A stretch of DNA of 64,000 bases. It comes from Octopus sinensis (Eukaryota). The first letter of the stretch is position 1, and each line of letters begins with the position of its first letter. Location of the stretch: assembly GCF_006345805.1 (NCBI RefSeq), contig NC_043006.1, positions 51,832,001 to 51,896,000 of the forward strand, read 5' to 3'. Position numbers and translations under genes: made by a program. The notes under the pieces were generated by a model. It ran no database searches. It was given only the letters and a program-made list of their open reading frames with translations, and was not told the origin of the DNA. Below, in pieces: positions 1 to 10,983 of this stretch.

Positions 1-434
1 TGAGTGTCTTTCGCGGTTTTAAATCAGCTCCAAGCATTTGGGCTTGTCTTCGATTTAAGGATGAGTGCGTCTTATATGTCTCGTGGGTGGAGGCGTTGAA
101 AAATAGCCAAAGGGATATAGACAGTTTCTCTCGGTAACTAAATTATACATGTATATACACTCTGACAATAACATTCTGGCGGGAATGTCTATATAAGCAT
201 GAGCAGCAATCCAATATAGGCAGAAACCCAAACCGGTCTACACTCGGAGAACGAGGCGAAGATAGCCTGTAAACATTCATAAAGGTGACTATTGCTCCAA
301 ACGAACAATAAGGGTTTGATTCGTAGATACAAGTGAACTTTAACGAACATGAATAAATTAGAATGTAGTCTTGTTTTCAATAAAACATCTTAAAAAGAAA
401 AGCTGTTCTCCATATGTCCATATGTGTAAATGTA

Positions 435-650
435 AAAACATACATACATACATACTACATACATACATACATACATACATGCATACATACATACATACAT
501 ACATACATACATACATACATACATACATACGCACATACACACGTGCCTCCATATGTCCATATGTGTAAACACACGTACATACATACACACATACACATGT
601 GCACACAAACACACACACAGACACACGTGCACACACACACACACACACAA
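435..650. repeat. (CATA)n/(CA)n microsatellite
   Basis: Direct reading; similar arrays at 4325-4370, 10845-10980, 15640-15720, 21065-21165, 28180-28400, 29185-29510, 30868-31018, 59955-60240. Confidence 0.95.
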
Positions 651-1534
651 ATTATGACCACTACTCGCAAGCGATTACACTTTGGTGGCTCACATCATGA
701 CTTCGCTAATTGCTTAAGTGCATATACAGGGTGTGATAGCTATTTGAGGATATAAATGTGGTAATTTTATAAACCAACTCTAATCTAACAAAGACCAAAT
801 ATATTTTAATAAAAAAAAAAACTGTGCATATATTTTCGATAAACTTTCTTATAAGATCATTCTAAATGTATCCTCTTGAGAAGCGCTTCTGTGATCTTTT
901 CAGCCATCCCCGCAACTTTGAGTCGATCTTTTATTTCATCAAAATTTCCTGTTAAAATTTTTTTTTCGGCTGCGCTCTTCAAATGATAGAGTTTTCTTTT
1001 CAATTGGCCAATTATTGTTTCAGTTTGAATTCAAAGCTTCACTTTTCTCTTAAGTCCAAATATTTTTTTCTCTTTTTCAATTTTTGCTGATGAGCTATGT
1101 ATATATATTTATTTGTTTACATTTCAGCACATAGTTGATAGCCTTCCGTAGATCAACAAACTTGTCGTTTTCCAAATCCATTTTGGCTTTTTATGGTATT
1201 GTATTGTTTTTGCTTTCTTAATTTTTTAAAATATTAAGCAGTTGTGGAAAGTATAAAAAACATGAGTTTATTTGTCAAACTTAAGGAATATCACACAAAT
1301 GAGAATATTCTTAGCTATATTGTCAATGAACGCCAATGAAACCCCCTGGAATTTTTTCAGTTAAATATGGTCAGTCTCGTAGTCGCAGGTTTTGAATAGC
1401 CTCAATCTTCCCTCGCAACATTTCATTAAAAATACATTTCAGCTCATGTTTTTGCTCTTCCAATTCGAGAGACAAAAAGAGTTGTAACTGCTTCTTTGAT
1501 CAGGCTCATTGCAGGCTAATAGAGTGGCTCTCAT

Positions 1535-1727
1535 TTCAAATTTTTGCCACAAGGGCAGCTTGGGATGAGTTGATTACATCGACCCCAGTGGTACTTATTT
1601 TATCGACCCTGAAAGGATGAAAGGCATAGTCGACCTCGGCGGAATTTGAACTCAGAACGTAGCGATAGGCGAAATACTGCTAAGCATTTCGTCCAGCATG
1701 CTAACCATTCTGCCAGTTTGCCGCCTA
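1535..1727 (-). mobile_element. SINE family B (aggcggcgagctggcagaa head, gttcaaattccgccgaggtcgac B-box region)
   Basis: Homologous to about 15 copies; others at approx 6362-6510(+), 9340-9430(+), 16865-17030(-), 17440-17650(+), 39530-39745(-), 39765-39980(-), 43255-43380(-), 58470-58672(-), 62015-62190(+). Confidence 0.9.
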
Positions 1728-2684
1728 ATAGAGTGGCTATCGTTGGCTAAAGTTGATATGTTATTGAACTGGCATCATATTTCTGTGGATATATGTCCTA
1801 TTTAGAAGGAAATGTTGTTTGTGAGATAGTAACAGTGAACTGTTTTTACTAACAATTACAATCAGCAACCAAACTCTTACGTTCAACAAATGTTCCTTGC
1901 AAACATAACTTATTTTCCTTTTTGAGAAAAAAAATGTTCAGTGTGATTTTAGTTTAGTATATTTTAGTTCTGTTTGAGTACAACAATCTGCTTCTGCAAT
2001 TTTCATGCAATTTAGGACTGAATTATTGATTGAAACAGCGGTATCAACAGCTATTGAGGCTGGAAGGCAAGCAACTCGTAGAGAAAAATTAGGCAATAAT
2101 AAATAAAACACGAGAAAGGAGACGATAATGAAACAAGTTCGAAAAAAAAAAAATGAACAAGAAGCGAAACACAGGGAAATACAGGCCCGTTCAGTTTAAA
2201 AAAAAAACACACAAATAAAAAGCAAATTTATGTATGGTATGAAGAAACGCATAACCTAAAATATATTTGGGTCTTTCGAATGATTGAAGCAAATAGAAAC
2301 CAGATAGACAAACAGACACACACACACACACACACATATATTCATACATACATTCACATACACACAGGCGCGCGCGCATATGTATGGAACAATGTTACGA
2401 AAGTTCGTACCTGTAGTGCCCTTTTCTGGAAGAGGACAATTTTCAAGTGGCTTAGGTTTCAAAACATTCGTTTCTGAATTCCCTTTTCCTGTATGTTGTT
2501 GGTTAATTCGTGGAATCTGTCTCCTGGCATTAGTTCGCACGATACTAGAATTCCTGCTTGAAAATTAAGTGTCAAAATATAACACAGATACATACGAAAC
2601 GTTTGTGCGTATGCATATACGTGAACATATCAGTTTATATGCAAATAACTGTATTCTCACCGCTCATATATATACTCTCTTTTT

Positions 2685-2891
2685 TCTCTTTTACTTATTT
2701 CAGCCATTTGACTGCGTCCATGCTGGAGCACCGCCTTTAGTCGAGCAAATCGACCCCAGGACTTATTCTTTGTAAGTCTAGTACGTATTCTATCGGTCTC
2801 TTTTCCCGAACCGCTAAGTTACGGGGATGTAAACACACCTGCATCGGTTGTCAAGTGATGTTGGGGGAGGGACACAAACACACAAACATAT

Positions 2892-2958
<67 letters not shown>

Positions 2959-3128
2959 TATATACAACGGGCTTCTTTCAGTTTACGTCTACCAAATCCA
3001 CTCACAAGGCTTTGGTTGGCCCGAGGCTATAGCAGAAGACACTTGCCCAAGGTGCCACGCAGTGGGAATGAACCCGGAACCATGTGGCTGGTAAGCAAGC
3101 TACTTACCACACAGCCACTCCTGCGCCT
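2685..3128 (-). mobile_element. SINE family A (tRNA head, internal (TA)/(TG) microsatellite, gactgaaacaagtaaaaga tail)
   Basis: Homologous to more than 10 other copies in the window. Confidence 0.9.
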
Positions 3129-3735
3129 ATATATATAATCCTGTACGTACACGTACAGTCACCTTTTACTTCTATGTGGAGAGATATCTATCAATGGGGG
3201 CAGACAAACCTCTTCTTCATCATAACGACGACGACTCAATCATAACACTGTACATATCATGGCAACGGTTTTGTACCCTATGGTCATGAAAATCTGTAGT
3301 TAATACTGCTGTTTCAAATGGTAGGCATCCAAATTTCTGATTGATCCCATATAATGACCTCCATACATTTAATATCACGGGAGACCTAAGCCTATACTTC
3401 AGTCTGTTTCGTTGCTGATCTTTACAAAGAGATTGGAGTGCTGCTCTGGGGACCTGCTGCTGTTGCTACTATAGTATACATTAAAAAGTATTCTAGATCA
3501 CACAATCCCTCCCAAAACTGTCTAGTTGATCAGCAAAGGTTCGCAATATTCAAGTAAAACTTTTATAGATACGTTTTAAAATGGAAACAGATATGTATAA
3601 ATTATCTCGAGGTAAGTGGTTGACAATACATGCAGCTATTAATGAACCATACTGTTATGAGAAATCCCGATACCAAAAATACTAAATTGATATCTAAAAG
3701 ACAACATAAAAAATACTCACAGTTAATCTACTAGA

Positions 3736-4030
3736 GTGGAGACGCAATGGCCGAGTGGTTAAGGCAGCGGACTCGCGGTCGGAGGGTCGCGGTTTCGATT
3801 CCCAGACCGGGCGTTGTGTGTGTTTATTGAGCGAAAACACCTAAAAGCTCCACGATGCTCCGGCAGGGGGTGGTGGTGACCCCTGTTGTACTCTTTCGCC
3901 ACAACTTTCTCTCATTCTCTCTTCCTGTGTCTTGTGTAACACTGCGATGGACTGGCGTCCCGTCCAGCTGGGGGGAACATATACGCCAAGGAAACCGGGC
4001 CCATGAGCCTGGCTAGGCTTGAAAAGGGCG
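3736..4030 (+). mobile_element. SINE family C (tRNA-like head, V-domain-like gcgatggactggcgtcccgtccag)
   Basis: A/B-box head ggccgagtggtt...gtttcgattccc; opposite-strand sister copy at 46666-46970. Confidence 0.85.
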
Positions 4031-4623
4031 AGAAAAAAATCTACTAGAAGATGTGAGAGGCTGCCAACTGCATACTATTCTACGGCAGTTTATAAACAAA
4101 GCTTTTAAACTATGGATAGCGCCGTTGTTATATATTCTTCAAGGTGTAAGCTAATGCAAAAGGTTGAGTTAGGTTGAGAGTGAGGTGGAGAGAATGACAA
4201 TAGTGCAAGGATAGAAGTATATAATCTACACTTTAACCAATTAAGTAGTACCTTAAACTTTAGACACGTACGGCTTGGTGCTACGTCCCTCCAGTTTATT
4301 TTACTTTTGAAAATCATACAGACAGACATACATACACACACATACATACATACATACATACATACAAGCATGCATGTCTATGAGAGAATGTGGGTGTTTG
4401 AGAGTCTATTAATGTACTCGATCTGCCAAAAATAGCATCCCAGTCGTTTCACATCACTTCCTGTCCGACAAAGGATCCTTTATGCAGTTACTCGATCTCT
4501 TGTAATTGGCAGCTCAAGCTCCCACAAATCACTCAACTGTTTTGAATAATGAATACGAAAACAAACAAACAAACAGGATAGTCACGACTGGAAGACTTCT
4601 GGTCATGGACTTGCCTGGGTTTA

Positions 4624-4678
4624 TTAATAAGCATCACCCCTGAACAAATTAGATTCTGTTGAGCTAAATGCATTATAT
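4624..4678 (-). CDS. Probable last coding exon D: YNAFSSTESNLFRGDAY*
   Basis: Acceptor ctgtcttttatacag, phase 2 matches exon C, TAA TAA stop overlapping AATAAA. 114-nt intron to exon C. Confidence 0.45.
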
Positions 4679-4792
4679 CTGTATAAAAGACAGTGTAGTC
4701 ATAGCTAGAACACATTTGATCATAGGCTTAGTGAGTGAAGCCTAACCTGGGTCAAAATATAAACGAGAAGAAAACCAAATAACGATACGTAC

Positions 4793-4994
4793 TGCGATGA
4801 GTTTAACTTAGAATAATTATTATTGTCTGAAGTAGCACCACCTTCTGTATCTGTAGAATGAGATTTCGATTTTCTCTTGAATAAAATATCGAATTTGTCT
4901 GGAGTTTTACTCTTTTCGATCATTCTTGAATCTTTATAAAGAGCGGCGGATATAGAACCTGCATAAGCTTGGATAGTGTGTGGAGAATGGAAGC
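4793..4994 (-). CDS. Exon C of spliced gene: GFHSPHTIQAYAGSISAALYKDSRMIEKS...SKLNSSQ
   Basis: Acceptor tgtttccactgtcttctag, donor CA|gtacgt, 202 nt, phase 1-2, 66 open codons, in frame with exon B; includes track ORF 4720-4923. Confidence 0.6.
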
Positions 4995-5059
4995 CTAGAA
5001 GACAGTGGAAACAATGAGTTTTAATTACACTTATTCTTTTGGTGACAGATAGAACTCAC

Positions 5060-5069
5060 CATATCAATA
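5060..5069 (-). other. Candidate 10-nt micro-exon TATTGATATG
   Basis: Flanked by ttctctcttatacag and ATG|gtgagt, with a 65-nt intron to exon C. Confidence 0.5.
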
Positions 5070-5460
5070 CTGTATAAGAGAGAATTGTAATTTGTTTGTA
5101 GTATTGTAATGTGTAAATGATATAAATATTAACAGGAAAACCTTTTAAGCTATGTAAGTGTAAGCAAAATATATAAGGCAATATCTATTAGTAAAAACAA
5201 AGACAAGATACTGTATTAGTTTACATAGGTTGTTTAATGTTTCAATTATATTTCGGAAAAAATTTCCTCTTATAGATATAAGAAAGAAAGTAATTCGAAA
5301 GTTCGGATAAAAAGTGATGTTTTCAGCAGGCCATTCTGACGTGTTGTCAATATTGTAAAAAGTTTTAGGTTGAAATATTAATAGTTCATACGCAATCATC
5401 ATCACTAATTTTGTGTCTCAGGCTATGACAATTGATTTTAAGTTATGTAAGTTACAGTTG

Positions 5461-5708
5461 TGTGGAGGCGCGTGGCTTAGTGGTTAGGGTGTCATCACCA
5501 TGATCGTAAGATTGTGGTTTCGATTCCTGAACCGGGCGACGCGTTGTGTTCTTGAACAAAACATTTCATTTCACGTTGCTCCAGTCCACTCAGCTGGCAA
5601 AAATGAGTAACGCTGCGATGGACTGGCGTCCCGTCCAGCTGGGGAACACATACTCCATAGAAACCAGGAAACCGGACCCATGAGCCTGGCTAGGCTTTAA
5701 AAGGGCGC
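5461..5708 (+). mobile_element. SINE family C variant (CORE-like middle plus V-like 3' region)
   Basis: Shares its 3' region with 3736-4030 and its middle with 48628-48798; related pieces at 24660-24885(-), 42480-42665(-), 59370-59610(+). Confidence 0.85.
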
Positions 5709-6615
5709 ATTTATTTTTGAAGTTACAGTTGTAAAGTAATATCAAATGATAGGAGTCATATAGCTCTAAGAAGCAGAAGTATAGCAAAATTGACGTATTT
5801 CAGCTACCTTACAGTTTCAACTTCTCTACTTTATTGGGGGAATGAGTTCCAATAGGCTAAGTAGAGTCGAAGTTCTAGTAATGGCCTTAACTAGAGGATG
5901 AGTGTACTCCACATTCTGCATGATGATGATGATGATGATGATGAACATTGTATTGTAAAGCTTCGGCGAACTCACTTTCAAGACAAAAGATTGTAGCCAT
6001 TACGTAGCGTTTTCCTGAGTGACAGACATTACATACTCTAATGTCTGCACTACACTCTACGTACATAACTTCAATTATATTTCGGGAAACTTTCCTCTTA
6101 TCAAATATAAGAAAGAAAGTAATACATTTTGCTTTATTAGTACAATTTAAAATGGTGATTAGGTGATTATTAAATGGGTAATTTTAAAATTAGAATTACT
6201 GATTTCTATTTTCTATTATCAGTAAGCTGAAATTCAGAGGAGGCGACAGATGTATTTGAGCTTGGTAAATGTAGTACTTCGAAACAGACTCTGTTTTTAA
6301 ATTTCTACTCCAGGTCTTTTAGAGGTGGTGCAATCATCTTTAATGTTACGATATTTAGAAAACATTTCCGCCGAGGTCGACTTTGCCTTTCAGTCTTTCA
6401 TGGTCGATTAAATAAGTATCAGTTACGCACTGGGGTCAATGTAATCACTTAATCACTTTGTCTGCCCTCTCTATGTTTAGCCCCTTGTGGGCAATAACGG
6501 AATAAATATTTAGAAGACATCATAAGAAACATTGACTTTTAAATCTAAAATAAGAGTTGCAATGAATTCCGCGCCATGATATTTCCTTACCGTCTTTTTG
6601 TCAACAGAGTCTTAC

Positions 6616-6810
6616 CTTTACTGCCTTCACGTAGTAAAATATCCATGTAACGATTACGAATGCATCTTCTCATGTCTTTTACACTGTACGTACGAGCTAG
6701 CGTCCACATGTAAGAGTCGTGTAAACATTTCCATTCATATCGCTCTTGTCCCTTATGTGTAATAGGGGGCAGTATCGGTCGTGGCATCTTTTGTTTAGAA
6801 GACGCACTCT
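6616..6810 (-). CDS. Exon B of spliced gene, FAM216-family-like motif: SASSKQKMPRPILPPITHKGQERYEWKCLHDSYMWTLARTYSVKDMRRCIRNRYMDILLREGSK
   Basis: Acceptor ttttccctcatttttcag, donor AAG|gtaaga, 195 nt, phase 1-1, overlaps track ORF 6587-6787. YMWTLARTYSVKDMRRCIRNRYMDILL resembles the FAM216A core YLCSIAKIYNANYLKMLMKRQYMHVL (recalled from memory, needs an HMM check). Confidence 0.7.
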
Positions 6811-7242
6811 CTGAAAAATGAGGGAAAATGTTGCCGTAGAAAGTGTATTGTGAGACAGCAAGGTGAACGTTTTAACTTTAAAGAATGATGCAGTGAAGGG
6901 TGGCATAACGGAGATTGACAGAGTTAAGAATGAACTATTGGGGAGAATGACAGTGAAGAATTACTCAAAGACGAAGATCCCAATAAGGAAAGTTTCAGAT
7001 GACGAGTGACCCTTTGAGTTTGATTCTATGGAATTTCTCAAAGATTGACTCAACAAAGAATGACCTATGAGAGTTCGAATGAAAAATGACCTAAATAATG
7101 ACCTAATGACCTAGTGAGAAAGACACGATGGGAAGTAATCTGTCGGGAATGACAGAATGGGGAATGACTCGATAAAGAATGATCTAATACACAGCGACGC
7201 AATGAGGAATAACACAATAAAAAAAACTTACGTTAGAGATTA

Positions 7243-7243
7243 T

Positions 7244-7274
<31 letters not shown>

Positions 7275-7340
7275 ACAACAACAACAACAACAGCAACAGC
7301 GATGACAACGACGACGACAACAACAATAACAATAACAGTA
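7243..7340. repeat. (AGC)n/(AAC)n trinucleotide repeat
   Basis: Direct reading. Confidence 0.9.
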
Positions 7341-8525
7341 ACATCAATCAACATTTTTCTAGAGCGATATTAGAACATTCTCGCTCTGTACCATGTGCAG
7401 TATCATCTAATATTTTAAAACAATCAATAATTTTCTGGGCTTCTTTTCCTTCTTTGCTGTTTTTACTTTGCGTCCTTATCTTTTATAGGCGCAAGTTATG
7501 TATAATAATTTAGACAGAGAAGATGGCAGAAAATAACGAAGTTTGTCACATTACATTAGAATTTCAAATCAGAATTTTCTCACGGCGTTACTTCACTCGC
7601 TTTTGTAATTAAAAAAGTGAAGAAAAGACAGGTGAGTACAAGATATTGTTGTACGTAGAACTGAAAATACATTACAGCATTTAGTTACACCTTCTACATT
7701 CTGTGTTGAAATTCTACATGAGTTTAAATGTCAATTTTTCTTTGCGTCTTCTTTGGTCATAAAATAAGTACTAATTAAACCCCGAAGTTTGCTAAATCGA
7801 ATAAATTCTACTGTACAGCCTAGTATCAATCAATGACTGATAAAAATGTAATATAATCACCTTGGTCAACTACAAATTACAATATGAGACAATGGAGGAG
7901 CATTTACGTGATCATTCTGCATGATCGAAATTGTAGCCATATATCCCTCATATCACAGCCTACTGGCTTAGATTAAGAAAACATACAGTGGATGAAATAA
8001 TCCTAGACACATCCCTGGAAAGACGTTTTTTTTTTATCAAGACTGAAATGCCTTTGATCTTAGGTCTCCTCGGTCAGTGTTGACCTACAGCTAAATAACA
8101 ACAAATTAGAATAACTAAGTTTAATGACAATATAAGCTAATTAGAAATAACTATGCCATAAAGAAAGGCTGTTAGTACAAATGAGAAAACGTATCAGTGA
8201 AGGATATTTCACAATTATTCGAACTACTAAAATGATAACCAAGTCTCACTCAAAACACATGCATTCTACTACATGAGAAAAGGAAAGGTACTTTGAAAAA
8301 TGCAGTTCTAGATACTATGTATCAATGCAAAAAGATTGGATGATCATTACTGGAAGACCTTTAGCCATATATCTGTTCAATCGAGGCCGATTTGGATAAA
8401 CATCAACAAACTTAACAAAAGCAAAATAAAAAAATAAGAACAAAACAATACGTAAATCTTAGATTAGATTAATGGGCTATAATCATCCTGCGCCATCATA
8501 CTGTTACATTTATTGATAGAGCTGC

Positions 8526-9242
8526 TCTATCATATCTATAAAAGGCATGATGTGTGTGCGTGTGTGCGTGTGTGTGTGTGTGTGCGCGCGCGTGCGATTG
8601 TAATTTATGCATATCCACAAATTAGCACGCATGTCGCTCAAATTTTAGGAGGACATTCATCAACATCCTATCTGGGTTTTGTCAACTTATTGTTTTCCCA
8701 TGGCACCCGCGGATAGCGTAAAAATCTATTTTCCGCTATAGCTTTTAGCCATAAAAAATATCAGCCATAGCTTTTTGACGGCGTCTAACAAAAAAAATAA
8801 GATAAAGAAAAGTGGAAGAAAGAGGCAGAGAGTTTCACGGGAAAGACAAAGCGAGAGAGGGAGAGAGAGCGAGTAAGTGACGACGTTCATAAAAAATATA
8901 ATGTAAAATGTTTTGTTTTTTCTTAAGCACGAGATATAGTGTTCAAATTCAGGATGATTTTGAAAGACACTATATTTTATAATCATAGTATATATACTTT
9001 CTCACACAACAATTACAATATATTTATTAAATCATTTATTTATTTTAAGTCGTTCATCTTTCTCCTTCCCTCTCTCTCTCACACACATTACTTTGGGTGC
9101 GAAAGAGTTTTGCTTTTATTTTACACTGAGTAAAAAAGTGTTTTGTTGAGAGTCGATATTACTTAGTTTGGTTTGAAATAAAGAACTTGATTAGCTTAAT
9201 AATCGTAAGTTAATCCCGGGCAAGGCCGGGTTATACTGCTAG
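8526..9242 (+). mobile_element. Non-autonomous Helitron
   Basis: 5' TCTATCATATCTATAAAA followed by (TG)n; 3' hairpin CCCGG-gcaagg-CCGGG then CTAG|T. Confidence 0.65.
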
Positions 9243-9749
9243 TAGATTTATATGATCGATCAGAAAGTTTCAAACATGTTTTACTTGATCTGGTCGTTAT
9301 AGTATAGAGCAACATGTTTCATATTTATGATGACTTACTGTGCTCCAAGTTCAAATTCTGCTGAGATCAACTTGGTTATTTGCCCTTTCGGAGTCGATAA
9401 AATAAAGTACCTGTCCGGGGGCGATGAACTGATGGAATTATTAGAGTATCAGACGAGATGCCTTCTGATATTCGTTCTGTTTGTTTGTGATCTCAGTTCT
9501 CGAAGGGGAAAGATAGACGTAATTACACGTCTTGTATCTGAGCGTTTCTTGAGGAGTTCACTCAGAATGTTAGCCATCGAGCCTGGTCTTTAGTTTGAGT
9601 ATATTTACCTCCCTTTCATCTACCTATCTTGGAAGCCCTGAAAAAATAAACAGTTAGAGAAGAGTTATAGGTACTACACTTCTTGATTAAACGGCACAAA
9701 AAAAAATGTTGGTAGTAGAAGATATATTAGGGTCGTGGTTGTTTCTCAC

Positions 9750-9854
9750 CTTGAGGTTTTCTTGTATAAATGTTGTTCGTTGGTATCTGTTGGAATGACT
9801 GGAGATGTTGCTTCAATAAAGATTCCTTGCTCGTGGAGTTGGTCATTTTCACTA
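9750..9854 (-). CDS. Exon A of spliced gene (FAM216-like, tentative): VKMTNSTSKESLLKQHLQSFQQIPTNNIYTRKPQ
   Basis: Acceptor ttttatatttgccag (tandem CAG TAG), donor AAG|gtgaga, 105 nt, phase 1-1, open frame joins exon B in frame. May contain the start ATG (MTNS); upstream exon not found. Confidence 0.6.
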
Positions 9855-9889
9855 CTGGCAAATATAAAATTTATTCCAGGTTCATGAGG

Positions 9890-10070
9890 ATTGTGACGAG
9901 AATGAGAATGGAAATGAAGTCGATGATGTTGCTTATGATGATATTGATGATGATGATGATGATAATGATGACGACGACGACGGCGGCGACGACGAAGACG
10001 ACGAAGACGACGAAAGCAATGATGATGTTGAAGATGATGATGATGACGCTGGTAATGGTGATAACGGTGG
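9890..10070. repeat. (GAT)n/(GAC)n trinucleotide repeat
   Basis: Direct reading. Confidence 0.9.
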
Positions 10071-10983
10071 TGCAGTGTCTGGTAGTGACAGTGCTTATAT
10101 GATGCTTATACGAATTAAAGATCACATAAAATCATGAACTCTCAGTGTTGAAATCATGTCTTCCTCTAAGCTTCGTCCATGACAGAAGGTCGAAAATCGC
10201 AGTCACTCCTAACACAACCCGAACCGGCGCCTCCAGCAACAATGCTACGGTCGCCGCTATGTATAACGATCCCATCGCGGGTGTCATTTTAATCATTTAC
10301 ACAAGAAAACTTTTAAATGCACCGTCCACAGTTCGTTTATTTATTAATGTTTTGCTTTTATTATGACGTTCGAAAAGGTTTCGTCGCACTTCTACCACCG
10401 AGCCACTGGCACAAAATTCCTTTGCAATTCTTTTATCAACGATCCGAGTGGGATCCAGGTGTACGAAGAACAAAAACTTTTTTGACCTTTAATAATAGAC
10501 AGTGCTATGTAGAAATACATTGAAGTTGTATATAACAGTAAAGGAGTGATTTGAAATGCTTAAAATAGCAGTTCGATGATGTAATTGTTTCACAACACAC
10601 GGTTTCTGAATAAGTCACTTGTAAAATAAGAACAGTTCCTTTCATCTCTCCTCCGCCACCCCAACACATATATGGTGGTTTAACTGGCCGAAACTTCGAA
10701 GCCACTGTCAATAATATTTTAAGAACAATAATAAGTTTGAACTCAACAAAAGTATTGAGTAACCCATCAGATTAATGTAAAATTGTTTTAATTATAACTG
10801 AATGGGAAAAACAAGCACGCACGCACGCACACACACTCTCACACACACATACATACATACATACATACATACATACATACATACATACATACATACATGC
10901 GTGTATACATATGTGTGTATACATATGTGTGTATATATATACATATATACATATATATGCATACACACAGAAATACATATATA

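Noticed and set aside
3160-3295. Minus-strand frame SRRYDEEEVCLPPLIDISPHRSK near a gtgact donor
   Set aside because: An in-frame stop lies immediately upstream and there is no usable acceptor.
3736-3810. tRNA-like heads (also at 5461, 46900-46970, 48630)
   Set aside because: They continue into SINE bodies and have no acceptor-stem closure, so they are not tRNA genes.
6920-7190. Degenerate AATGAC-rich repeat; also the 19-bp tandem duplicate at 29630-29670
   Set aside because: Ordinary low-complexity or slippage products.
7554-7631. Strong + strand donor CAG|gtgagt at 7631
   Set aside because: Only a weak acceptor and a short frame; no partner exon found.
9536-9572. ctgagtga...gaaacgctcaga motif on the minus strand
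   Set aside because: The core has an insertion and a deletion and the stems do not pair; too degenerate to call a hammerhead.
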